NCBI RefSeq assembly: GCF_963506605.1
Contig: NC_083281.1
Coordinates: 42,904,001-42,968,000 of the forward strand
Length of the DNA: 64,000 bases
Origin: Zootoca vivipara
Lineage: Eukaryota
Reading direction: 5' to 3'
This document shows positions 21,800 through 37,260 of this stretch, one piece after another (position 1 is the stretch's first letter; each line of letters begins with the position of its first letter). Below the pieces are notes generated by a model that made no database searches, had not been told where the DNA came from, and worked only from the letters and a program-made list of their open reading frames with translations. The position numbers and the translations under genes were made by a program.

Positions 21800-22450
21800 T
21801 AAGAATTCGGGCGTTTGCAATGGGCTAGCTCGGAACACGGGTGGGGAGCAAGCTAGTTTTCCAAGGGCCCGGATCTGAGCGATGGAGCAGCGGCTGCTGT
21901 CCACGAAGGCGGTGGCAGCGTCGGATCCAGTGAAAAGGCATGTCATTCTGGCCGGCGCCAAGCCTCCCTCCGCCCGAGCCTTGGGATACCAGCTGCAGCC
22001 GACCCCAGGCGGAGCGGACCCTGAGCATCGGGCCGCCGTTTCCACAAGCCCCTGCCTGGCCACCGCCTCTCCGAGAGGGTGCGCGCGCACGCGCTCGGCG
22101 CTTCTCGGGCGCGCAGCAGCAAGAACAGCCGCCGCGGGAGCGTCCCCCATGGCCCTTCTCCGCAGCAGAGGTCAGTGTCTCCGCAGCGCGTCCTCCACTC
22201 CATGCGGTACGAAGTGGGGGGAGGGGGCGCGTGGAACCTCGGCGAGGAGAACGTTCCGATTTGGAACGCGGAGCGAGGAATCAGCGTTCCAAATCGGAAC
22301 GTTGGCTGTGGCATCTTTTGTTGCTGGCAGATGGCGGTGGGTGGGAAATTAACCGGCCTTTTAAGATTGCCGGCGGAGAGCAAGACCTTTCCTCCTTTCG
22401 CCCCGGACCCCGTTTCTAAGGCAGCAACCTCTTCTTAGAAGCCAGGCAGG
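21800..22450 (+). promoter_or_regulatory. CCDC28B: CpG-island promoter / non-coding exon 1 of CCDC28B (candidate donor GAG|gtcagt at 22170/22171)
   Basis: CpG-dense stretch 3.3 kb upstream of the CCDC28B ATG exon; NRF1-like GCGCGCGCACGCGC at about 22081. Confidence 0.7.
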
Positions 22451-23364
22451 GCTGTTTGTTAAGGCGCTGCATCATCGCCTCCTCCTCTTCACGGTCTTGT
22501 TTATCGATCTATTTATGTGAGCTCCTTCTGTGATGCAAGGGCGCAAATAAGAGAAGGTCGATGAGCAGGGGAGGGTTCAGATTAGCACTTCAGTGTTTGT
22601 ATATGCGGGAGGGCGGGGTGTGAGGTGACTTACTCTTTCTAAAGTGTTGCTACCTAAATGAGATGCACAGGGCATTTCTCATAGCGGGAGAACCAGTCCT
22701 CACCCAAGCAGCTGACAACCCCCAGCAGCTACTGCCGGCCCCAGCGCTAAATGCTCCCGTTAGAGAAGGAGCCCTTGCACCCATCACTCACCCCACCGAC
22801 CCACCTCTCTGATAATTGGCCCTAAACCAAGAGGTGTCCCTGATGGGACCATGTGCCGTAACAGAGCAGGGGCTGCAACACCGGGGAGCAGTTAGCTTTG
22901 GAGAACTGGGCGGAGGGAGGATTACCACCCCTCCTCAAAATGTCCCTTCTGGAATATTAACACATTTATTTATGAATCAATTTAAATTCTACCTTATTTT
23001 CTTACACAGAGCTAAGGGGTGTAAAATACATACCCCACCCTCACATGGACGCAGCCAGGATTTTTGTTGGGGGGGGGGGCAGGCTTTTGTGAGGAGGACT
23101 GGACAACCTCAGATTTGTATTGATTCTTATTGATTTTGATTGATGGGGGGGAAGCTGCCCCCTGCCTCTCCTGGCTATGCCCATGCATTCTCATTTTATT
23201 CTCAAAACAAACCCTGAGAGCTAAGTTAGCTTAAGCAAGCAAGACATCTTCCCAACACCACCTGGTGAGCTTTGTGGCTGGCTGGGGACTGAAGCTGTCT
23301 CTCCCTAGCGCCAACACTGATCAGCGATGCCATTTTCTGGGTTGTATCTTCTGGTAGTGCGGTG

Positions 23365-23965
23365 AAGAAGGCTAGTATTATTCTAGGCTGCATCAACAGA
23401 AGTATAGTGTCCAGGTCAAGGGAAGTAATAATACCACTTTATTCTGCCTTGGTCAGACCACACCTGGGATACTGTGTCCAGTTCTGGGCACCACAATTTT
23501 AAGGAGGATATTGACAAGCTTGGAATGTGTGTGGAGGAGGGCAGCCAAGATGATCAGGGGTCTAGAAACCAAGTCTTAGAAGGAATGGTTGAGGAATCTG
23601 GGTAGGTTTAGCCTGGATAAAAGGAGACTGAGAGAATATATGATAGCCATCTTCAAATATCTGAAGGGCTGTCACATGGAAGATGGAGCGAGCTTGTTTT
23701 CTCCTTGTCCAGAGGATAGGACCCAAAGCAATGTATTCAAGTTACAAGAAAGGAGTTTCTGACTAAACATCAGGAAGAACTTTGTGATGGTAAGAGCTGT
23801 TTGACAGTCGAACAGCCTCCTTCGGGAGGCTGTGGACTCTCCTTCCTTGGTGGTTTTAAAGCAGAGATTGGATGGTGTTCTGTCATGGATACTTTAATTG
23901 AGATTCCTGCATTGCAAGGGGTTGGACTAGATGACCCTTGGGTCCCTTCCAACTCTACAATTATA
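23365..23965 (+). mobile_element. CR1 LINE 3' fragment (end of ORF2 plus 3' UTR)
   Basis: Typical CR1 sequence ggctgcatcaacagaagtatagtgtcc...tgtgtccagttctgggcaccaca...ggttggactagatgacccttgggtcccttccaactctacaatt. Related pieces lie at about 12140-12265 and 63180-63350. Confidence 0.85.
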
Positions 23966-25319
23966 TGGCTCTAAGAAGGGTACCTAGGTATCTCCACTGA
24001 ACCAAAAACACCCAGCACCTCATTTTCTCATCATATTGTCTCCAAGTAATGAGAAACTCAAGGGGTAATGCAACCCATGCATGATGTACTTTTGAAGGGG
24101 AGAGCAGTAGAGACTTACAGTAGGCTGCATCCAAACTTACTGAGCAGTCACCTTGATTTGTTTGTGGGAAGGTTGTACAATCTTGCATCGAGCAAATGTT
24201 TTCCCAACACTTTCCCGTGCATTTTCCCCATCACTTTTTTTATCACCAAAACAATCTTTTCTGTAGGGGGAAGCAAAATTGTTGTGCCCAAGCATTTTTT
24301 TTAAAAAACAACCTGTGCAGCCTGGATTTGCCAGTGACTGAATCCTACCTGAAAATAGTAAGTCAGAAAGTGTTCTCACATTGTACTTACACAGTTCTCA
24401 CTGTACTCAAACAACAGCAGAAATCTGAGTAAAGCGGGGTTGGAGACATTGAGGCAAAAAAACGTAGTTTTAATGATGACAGAGGCTTGAGTGCAGCAGA
24501 GATGAGGGGGTTGTTATTTTTAAAAAACAAAGCTGTTTTAACAAGGAGAAGTAGCAGAAATGGGTGCATCATAGCAGCTAACACAACAGAGCCTTCCCAC
24601 CTCCCTTCTTCTTGTATTCAAACCTTTTTCTAATATGCCACTTCCCCCCTCTTAATGTCACCTTGACTCAAACCTCTGACACTGTTTAAAATAACCATCC
24701 CCTGCTCTACTTCATTCCGCCCCTGCTTTATTCAGACCTGCACTGCTGTTTAAAACTACTGTTTCCCTACTGTGTTCTTCCAGCCCCACTTATGCGGTTT
24801 CCCCCCTTCAGTGTTTTTCCCTTCTCGCTGTACTCAAACTTCTCCTTCTGTTCCTCACCTGACTCTTGTGTGTGAGAGAGAGGATGAGGAGCTCTCAAAG
24901 ATTTCACTATATGGAAGGTTCTTTATTCAAACCTTTGCTGTTGTTTGCTAGATCCAGTTCCCCACCTCTGATTCAAAGGGTTGGAGATGGGACAACCTGC
25001 CTTCTCTTTTCCTCCCCTACCCCACCACAACTTCCTGCAAATCCAGGATTGTGATGAATCCTTCAGTGGGGGCTGTGCAATGACATCCTTACATATCTAT
25101 GTATATAGGAAGACATATTTATTTGTCTCTTACTGTCTTGTTTACTGTTGGGGTTATAAAAAAAATATTTGCAAGCTGTGTGAAGAGTTTTATTAAAAGT
25201 TTTGTACACCCTGCAATTTTCTGATGAAGAAATGGGTTTTTAAAAATAATAATAATAAAGAATGTCTGTTCCAGCCTTTTATTTTCACTGAAGGCCAGCC
25301 AGATTCCTCTGGAAGGTGC

Positions 25320-25518
25320 AAGAGTCATAGCTCAGTGGCAGAGCATCAGCTTTGCCTGCAGACAGTCCCAGGTTCAGTTCCCCTATGGCATCTCCAGGTA
25401 GGGCTGGGAGAGACCCCTCCCGGAAACCCTGGAGAGCTGCTGCCAGTCAGTGCAGGCAGTACTGAGCTGGATAGACCAAGGAATTGACTCGGTATAAGGC
25501 AGCTTCCTGTGTTCCTAT
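25320..25518 (+). mobile_element. tRNA-derived squamate SINE
   Basis: tRNA-like head tagctcagtggcagagcat...gtcccaggttcagttccc followed by body and cttcct-type tail. Reverse partial copy at about 42338-42480. Confidence 0.65.
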
Positions 25519-25755
25519 GGAAGCCCCCTGCAGAGCATGGCAGGACTGGCCACTGCCATGTTGTTTGCCCCAGCACCTGATGTTCAGAGATAGACTGCCT
25601 TGGAGCACAGGAGGGTCCATCTAGTTATGTTCATGGCTGAAAGCCACCAATAGGCTGTTGCTATCTCTTTCTCTTTCTAGCTTATCTTTAGGTTCATTCT
25701 CGGTTCCCCTGAGTGGTTTCCAGTGTGTGACTAAGAGAGACCTGCTGCTTCCGGG

Positions 25756-29896
<4,141 letters not shown>

Positions 29897-32801
29897 AACA
29901 AGGAGGAGGAGGAGGCTGCCTGGTTTTTCTCTTGACTTTTCATTAAGAAGCCTCAAAAAGAAAAACAAAGGAAGCAAAGAAGAAGCTGCGGAGCTGAGCA
30001 AAGAAGACCCTCGTGCAGAACTACTTCTGGACTGTACACGGAAAGGATAAGTTAGATGAAGCCTGGTGGAAAAGGATACGACTCCTGGGTGTCAGTGCCC
30101 TGGGGACACCCTGCAGATGCAGCCTGGAAGCCAGCCCCCAGCGGAGACTCCTGTGCCCCACGCCCAACAGAGGGCAGAGAGCTCCACTGCAGGGCCCTGG
30201 GTGATGTGGCAAGGGATGCTGGGGGAGCCCTCTTGGGCCATGCAGAGCAAAATGTCCTGTGCCAACACAGAGAGATGCAGGCTCTAGGGCTTCGCTGCCT
30301 GCAGACAGTCCTTAAAACCAGGATCTGCTGTCCCCCCCCCTACAGCTCCAGACCAGTTTGCACACATGCCATGTGTGTACACACACAGTTTGACAGGCAG
30401 AAGGCCAGCAAATTGAATGGTGATGTATTCCATCAGTCTTGCCGCTTCTGCCAAGAGTTGTCTGCCTCCAGTTTTAATATGTTTTTTTTTTCAGCATAGC
30501 ATGAATGCTCATTTTCATGACTATTTGTTTGGTGCCCCATCAACATTTTTTTTAAATGCCAACTGTTTAATAGGAAACTGCTCCTGGGGTTTCCCAGGGA
30601 AGGCCAAATTTATCAGAATTTCAGTTGAATTCTAATTATACACTGTTTTCCATAACCACATTTTTGCAAGCAATTTTCCCTAATGCATTTTTGTATGTTA
30701 TTTTCATTAATGTATGCATTTTATGCACACTTTCCCCTAACATACACATTTTAAAAACATTATTTGGTTGGAGAACTCTGTTAGACTTCAGAGGAGTGCG
30801 AATTTTGAAGAATAGCTGTATATTTATTTACACATTGTTTTAATAAGCACAACTTGCGGAGTTCTGCATTAAAATGCAATCCAGACCCAAATTTATCCCC
30901 CAGGCCTATTTGTAGAGAGCTGGTGTAGTGTAGTGGCTTAAGAGACTGACTATGAATCAAGAAGTGTCCAGTTTGAATCTTGCCTCTGCCACAAACTGAC
31001 TAGTTGTCCTTAGTCACTTTCTCTTGGCTTCAGTACCCCCTTCTGCAATACGGAGTACAGTATGATAATATCTTACAGAGCTGTTGCTAAGCTTTACAGC
31101 TAGAGAGAGTACATGTGAAGGTGCTATATGAATGTTAAGTGTTGTTATTTTTATTATCCTCATCGTTGGTATCATCCAATCCTTGGTCTGCGTGTTTCAT
31201 TTCTGCCACGAAAAGGAGGACCCAGTTCCCCGATACCAGATTTGAAGGACAGGTTGTGGAACTGTTCAGGGAACCACTGTCACTTGAGGAGGGGAAGTTT
31301 CCTGGCTCCTGCCAGGTGAACTTCTGCACTCTCTCTATTCAGGATGTAGCTGCCCCTTGCAACTGCACACAAACAGCTGATGTGCTAGAGGTGTAGAAAT
31401 ACTATTCCTGGGGTACCTCCTTTCTCTTCCCTGGGGCTTATCCCTCATTTCTTGCCCCCGCTCCTGCCCCCACAACCCAGCCCTAGGAATCCCCAGACAG
31501 GCCTAATCCAAGACTATGCTAGGTTACCCCTACATCACATGTAGGGGCTCTGGCGGTTGTTCCAAGGCAACAAAATGGAGATGCAAAACTTTCCCAGTGT
31601 TAACAACTTGGGGAATCTAATTAGGGTGAACATTTGCTCAATCAGAACCTAGTGAGACAGTAATGCATAACGAGTGATAAAAGACTCAAGATTATACATG
31701 AAATGAAGGTATATTATTCATTTGCTTCATTTAAGGTATATTATTCATATAGATAACTGTGGCATTTGAAGAAATGTAATATTGCAGTATAGTACTGTTA
31801 GAACTTAATATGGATATCGCCTCCAGATGGCCTCTACATTGGGCATGATTTGCCTACACAATGTTTATGTGGAGGTGATATGGTGTCTGGTTTTTATTGA
31901 GCAAACATTCTGATTTGTTTTCAGGGATGTTATACGACAATGGACATTCCTTGTGATTGCATTGCTTGAGTGATGGTGTTATGCCTTCCTTTTAATCAGT
32001 TGTTTATCCCACACTTTTCAGTGCATTTTTAGTGCATCACTTTCTTAACTGCAGAAAGCTCTTTTTTTTTTTTAAGTGGCTTTGTTGTGCCGAGCAAACC
32101 TAGGTTTCCAGAAAATTTAGCCTCCTGACTTGGAGCCATCTAGTTGTGAAAAAGAATTTCTAAGTTTGATGGCACATGTAGCATTTTGGAATAAAATACT
32201 TAACCATCAATAGCTGTGGGCTAGGATCCTGTGGCCTTTAGCTGGGTGAGAGGATGTAAAAAAAGAATTAGACCCCAAGCAGGCAGGTAGAAAGAAAGAG
32301 ATTCTCTGACCACCTTTTATATACCAGAAAGATTGTGTTCTCTACCTTTTCTATCAGTTTCATTACTTGCTTGGCAGGCCCATATAAGATGTAGATTCTG
32401 GGTGCCCATAATCTGTGAGCCCCTTCCTTTTCCAGCACACCTTTGCTCAGGTCACTTTGACACTCCGTTGTCAATCATGTTATCGATTCCACATTTGCTG
32501 AGGCACTGTGGCTGTTGTTCTCATTGCGCTCTTAAGTATCTTATTTATGCTGATGGGATAATGTTTCCTGTGACGACCTCATCAGGTTGCCAGGGCTTCT
32601 TGTGACTGTCCCTGAGGGTCAGCAGAAAGTTCCAAGCGGCCTGCGCAATGAGGCAGAATTGAGCTTTAGCCCAGCTGCTCTACTGCCTGCTGGCGTTTGC
32701 TCTGCCTGCTGGCTCTGCAGGCCTAGCTAACTCCAGATCAACATCCAGATTTTCCATGTGGATTAATGCACATGGGAGCCACCTCCACCTTCCTGCAGGA
32801 G

Positions 32802-33529
32802 AATTTTTTTTAAAAGATAATTTTTATTAGATTTTTCCAAATAAACAAGAAAGAATAAAACAAAAACAATTATATTCCATCTTAGATTGCCCCTCTCAGT
32901 TCCTTACGCTCTGCCGAGCTGTGACTTCCCTGCCTCCCTCCTGTCATTCAGCTTTATTTCTCACTCTTATCTCACAGTTCCTTTTTACAAACATGTATAG
33001 ATTAAGTTCGTAGGATTTATTTCAGTCCCGCTGGTGTCCTTAAACTTCTACAGTTCTTCTCCATATAGTCAATAAATTTGCTCCATTCCTCCTGGAACTT
33101 TGTCTCTCCCTGGTTTCAGATCCCACAGGTCAACTTTGCCAGTTCTGCATAGTCCATAGTTTTTGTCTGCCACTCCTCAATCGTTGGTATATCTTGTAAT
33201 TTCCATTTTTGGGCTAATAAAGTCCTCGCCGCGGTTGTAGCATACATAAATAATCTCTGATCTCCCTTTGCTATTTTCTCTCCCACTAGTCCCAATAGAA
33301 AAGCTTCGGGCTTTTTGGGAAAGGTATACTTAAACATCTTTTTCAACTCATTATATATCATTTCCCAAAATCCTTTTACTTTCTTGCATGTCCACCACAT
33401 AAAAATTCACCATCTTTATCTTTAAATTTCCAGCATATTTTACTACTCATCCTATACATTTTAGCTAATTTTTCTGGTGTTAAGTACCATCTATACATCA
33501 TTTTCATTACATTCTTTCAAAGTGGTACA
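32802..33529 (-). mobile_element. 5'-truncated L1-clade LINE (ORF2 C-terminus, 3' UTR, polyA)
   Basis: Minus ORF MWWTCKKVKGFW...AARTLLAQKWK resembles the L1 ORF2 C-terminal region. polyA (T-run on +) and AATAAA at the left end; 13-bp TSD CTTCCTGCAGGAG at 32789-32801 and 33530-33542. Confidence 0.85.
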
Positions 33530-35798
33530 CTTCCTGCAGGAGCAATTAGCACTGAGGAGTACTGGGCAGGAATCTCGAGGACCATATTTCTTGGAATTTT
33601 TCTGACACTCAGTTCCACACACACACACACACACACTCCAGTTCTGGTGGTGCTGCAAGTGCTCCCAACTGCCTCCTTCTCCTGATCACCCTTAGCCTTG
33701 AACCCGGAGTCACTGCCAGAGCCATTTGGATAGCTGGACCTGTAGTGCACTGCCCGTCCCTTGAGGCTTGGAGAGGATCTCACATGGCCCAGTTAGTGTT
33801 TGTTTAGTAACTGTCTGATGGTGTAAAGATATGGATTAGTGAGTTGAAGTCCCATGGAAGAATTCTTTGCTAATGCATAGGACTGCTGAAGGCAGAGGTT
33901 AGTGTGGCCTTCACCAACATGGTGCCCTTCAGTTGTTTTTGGCTACGTCTGGAGTTGTATTCAAAAGCATCTGGCTAAGACTGGATAGTGTGTACCCCCC
34001 AAAAGCTGCACTTAAAATCACAAGAAGCAGATAAAGTATGCAAAATTTAATTTGTATTACTAGCTCGCTTCCTCGTGTTCTCTTTCCCTCCCAAGCTCTT
34101 GTAAACCTTTGTGAAAATTGTAGTCTACTGAACAAATGGATGTGGTTTTATAATTTTTTAATGTTATGCTTGTTAACACATGAAATGTTCATTGTGGGAG
34201 GGGATTTATAAAACCAGCTCATAGTTATTAAACTTTCTATAGGACAAAAGGTTTGTGTGTATATTTGGTAGGTAAGTTTATTTTGTGCCTTTGATTTTGG
34301 CATCTAACTTGGCAGCACTGCAATTTAGCAGCACCCAGTCGCTGCTGATGTGCTTTAAGCTGCAAATGGTATCACAACTTGGTTTCCAGACTTCTGGAGT
34401 CCAAATCATATCCTGTAACCAAGTGGACAGTAGGGTTTAATTGGGACGAAAGAGTCAAAATACTTGGACCCCCCCCTCCAGATTCCTAATCATGATTGCC
34501 CTACCCCCCACCAATTTAGAAGGCAGGGGAAGAAAATAAACAGATAGTAAGGCAATAATGTTGGGAAAGGCTGAGATATGTAGTGTATGAAACAAAGTAG
34601 GCTCCCAGCAATCCCACAAAAAGCTTTGGATTACCCCTGATTATGCACCCAGTTCTCCAGAGGAGTGTCCTCTGCCTGGTACCAAACCATCACTTCTGGC
34701 CCAATGCTGCTTTCTGTGGGTGCAAGCAAGATGCTTTGCAACAAGTGGGCCTGCTGTGGTCAGATTTGCCCACATCCTTTGCAAGGTTTATGGCTAAGCT
34801 TTCCCCCCTGCGAAAAGATTCTGGAGAATCTGGATTATGCCCCTTGTGCCACTATCTGCATTTTTTCCTGTTCTTGTACTGAATTGCAGAATACAAACCA
34901 TCCGTGATCATCAGAGGTGGCAGCCACATTCCCTACCTGGCTGGACAGCAATGCCCGATGCAGGGAGAAGGTTATGGAGCACCAGGTTCTGTGAATATTC
35001 ACAGAATATTCTCCGAGAGACAATCTGCTCTGCATCACAGGAGTTATAACACAGCTGTTTGTGACTGCAGTACTTGGTCCTGCCAGGGTCTGCAGAACTT
35101 GCTTTGACAAATAAGCAGCCCTGGGGCAAATCCTGTGGCTTCAGTGGGTAGGCAACACATTCAACCTCTTTTTTCCATCTGTAAATTGGAATTAACAATG
35201 GACTACCTTGCAGAGGTGTTAGGTAGGCAAGCACAGGAAGGGTTGCAAATTCCTTTGCAAAATAAATGTATTGCCTATAGTGCGAAAATACACGTTCTCA
35301 AGCTGTGTCCACCAGTGGCATCACTTCTCAACATAAGTGAGAATGGCCTGGAAGCCTTGCTTATAATCCTAGGTGGGAGGAACACTGCACATGCTCAAGT
35401 GCTTCACATGTTGCTGTCCTGAGAACTGGATAGGTTCTGAAGTCAAAGGAAGGAACCTGGATTATGAATGTTGTTCAAGGGAGGATCGGTGTCCATGGCA
35501 AACCAAAAGTGACTGACTCACTCACTCTCTTCCTCCCTCCCTCTCCTCTTGATGTGGCTCAGCTTCCTGGCCTGACGGAGGATATTTCCTCCTCCCCTGC
35601 TGAGCTGGCAGCTATGGAAACGTCAAGCCTTGCTCTCTCAGAACAGAACTTGGCAAAGAGGCCCTGCTCAGACTGGAAAGGTTTGCAGTGGTGGGAGCTT
35701 ACAAGGATTGTCCCCCACCCCTATTGCTCTGCTTTCCAACTTTGGCCAAGGGGATTGGCAAGATAAGCAACCTGCTGGTACCCACAGGCCAGAGGGAC

Positions 35799-37214
35799 AT
35801 GAGCTCGGGGACAGTGGCAGTGGCCCCTGTGGCTAAGAACGTGATGGTGTATCGCAACGGGGACCCTTTCTTCCACGGCAGGAAGTTTGTGGTGAGCCAC
35901 CGGCGGTTCCTGACCTTTGAGGCCTTTTTGAACGAGGTGACCAGCACAATCCATGCCCCCGCGGCCATCAGAAGCATCTATACCCCCCGGCACGGTCATC
36001 GGGTCTCCGACCTGGGCGAGCTGCAGAATGGGTGCCAGTACGTTGCGGGAGGCTTTGAGAGATTCAAGAGAATGGAGTGAGTAGGCTGGCTGTGTTGCCT
36101 GCCATACTGATGGCAGTAGACTATCTCTCTCTCCCCCCCCCCCAAAAAAAATCCCAGGCTCTCTGCAGAAAATCAGCTGCACCGACTGTTAGCTATGAAC
36201 CTGTTAGTTATGTTGACTGGCAGAGAGGGATGAAGTCAGGTATGAGGACATTGATTTCCTATCAAAAATGAGGGTATCTTCTCACTTGGGGCACCGCAGG
36301 TTGCCAGATTTTTATTTGAAAGGAACTGCTGGGGGTGGGACTGTGTGTAGGGGAGTTAGGCTTTCAACCCTGCCCTCCTGCACCATTTCCCCAGATAAAA
36401 ATTGTCCTCCCAAGCTGCAGTTAGCTCTGTAGGGAAACATGTTCTGGTTCAATGTGCGCGTTGAGCAAATAACAGGATTGGAGGGTGGGAAGGTCATTTA
36501 AATCTGAAAGACCATGCCAAACAGAGTTAACCCTTCGTCCCAGAAGCTGTCCCTGATCCAATTCAGAGCCTTCAATGTTTTTGTTTTCATGTACAGCGCC
36601 TCGTGGCTGTGAGCATTTTAGGACTACCGTATGTTTGGGAGGTGACGAGAAATAGACACCAAATCTCGCTGTTTGGCAAGTTGTCTTATAAAAAAAAACT
36701 CCCTCGGAGAGCTCCCTCTGCTGGCATGTGGTATTTTATTTGTCTATTAAATTTGCATGCTGCCCTATGCCCGTAGATGTCAGGGCGCTTCACATCATAA
36801 AATTCCAATATAAAAACACACACAAAATACATAATAAGCGTAAGAACAAAGACAACCCAATAACCCCCCCCCCAAAAAAGCTACACATTTAAAAGGGCAT
36901 CGGATGTCATTCCGCCCAAGGCCTGGTTGAAGAGGAACATTTTCTCTGGGCACCTAAAAGTTTATAATGAAGGCACCAACTGAACCTCTCTGGGAAGAGC
37001 ATTCCACAAACAGGGAGCCACTGCAGAAAAGGCCCGTTCTCGTGTTGCCACTGTCCAATCTCTTTGTGGCAGGATCTCCTACATGAGTCCTGATGGCATG
37101 AGCGGAAGTTAAGAGCATAAGTAGAGCGAACCTGCTGGATCAGGCCGGTGGCCAATCTAGCCCATCACCCCTTACCCGCAACATTTCTCTGATGAAAATA
37201 GGTACGTCCTATTC

Positions 37215-37260
<46 letters not shown>

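Noticed and set aside
21707-22438. Overlapping 119-159 aa ORFs on both strands
   Set aside because: CpG-island artefacts, low-complexity Ala/Arg/Pro composition.
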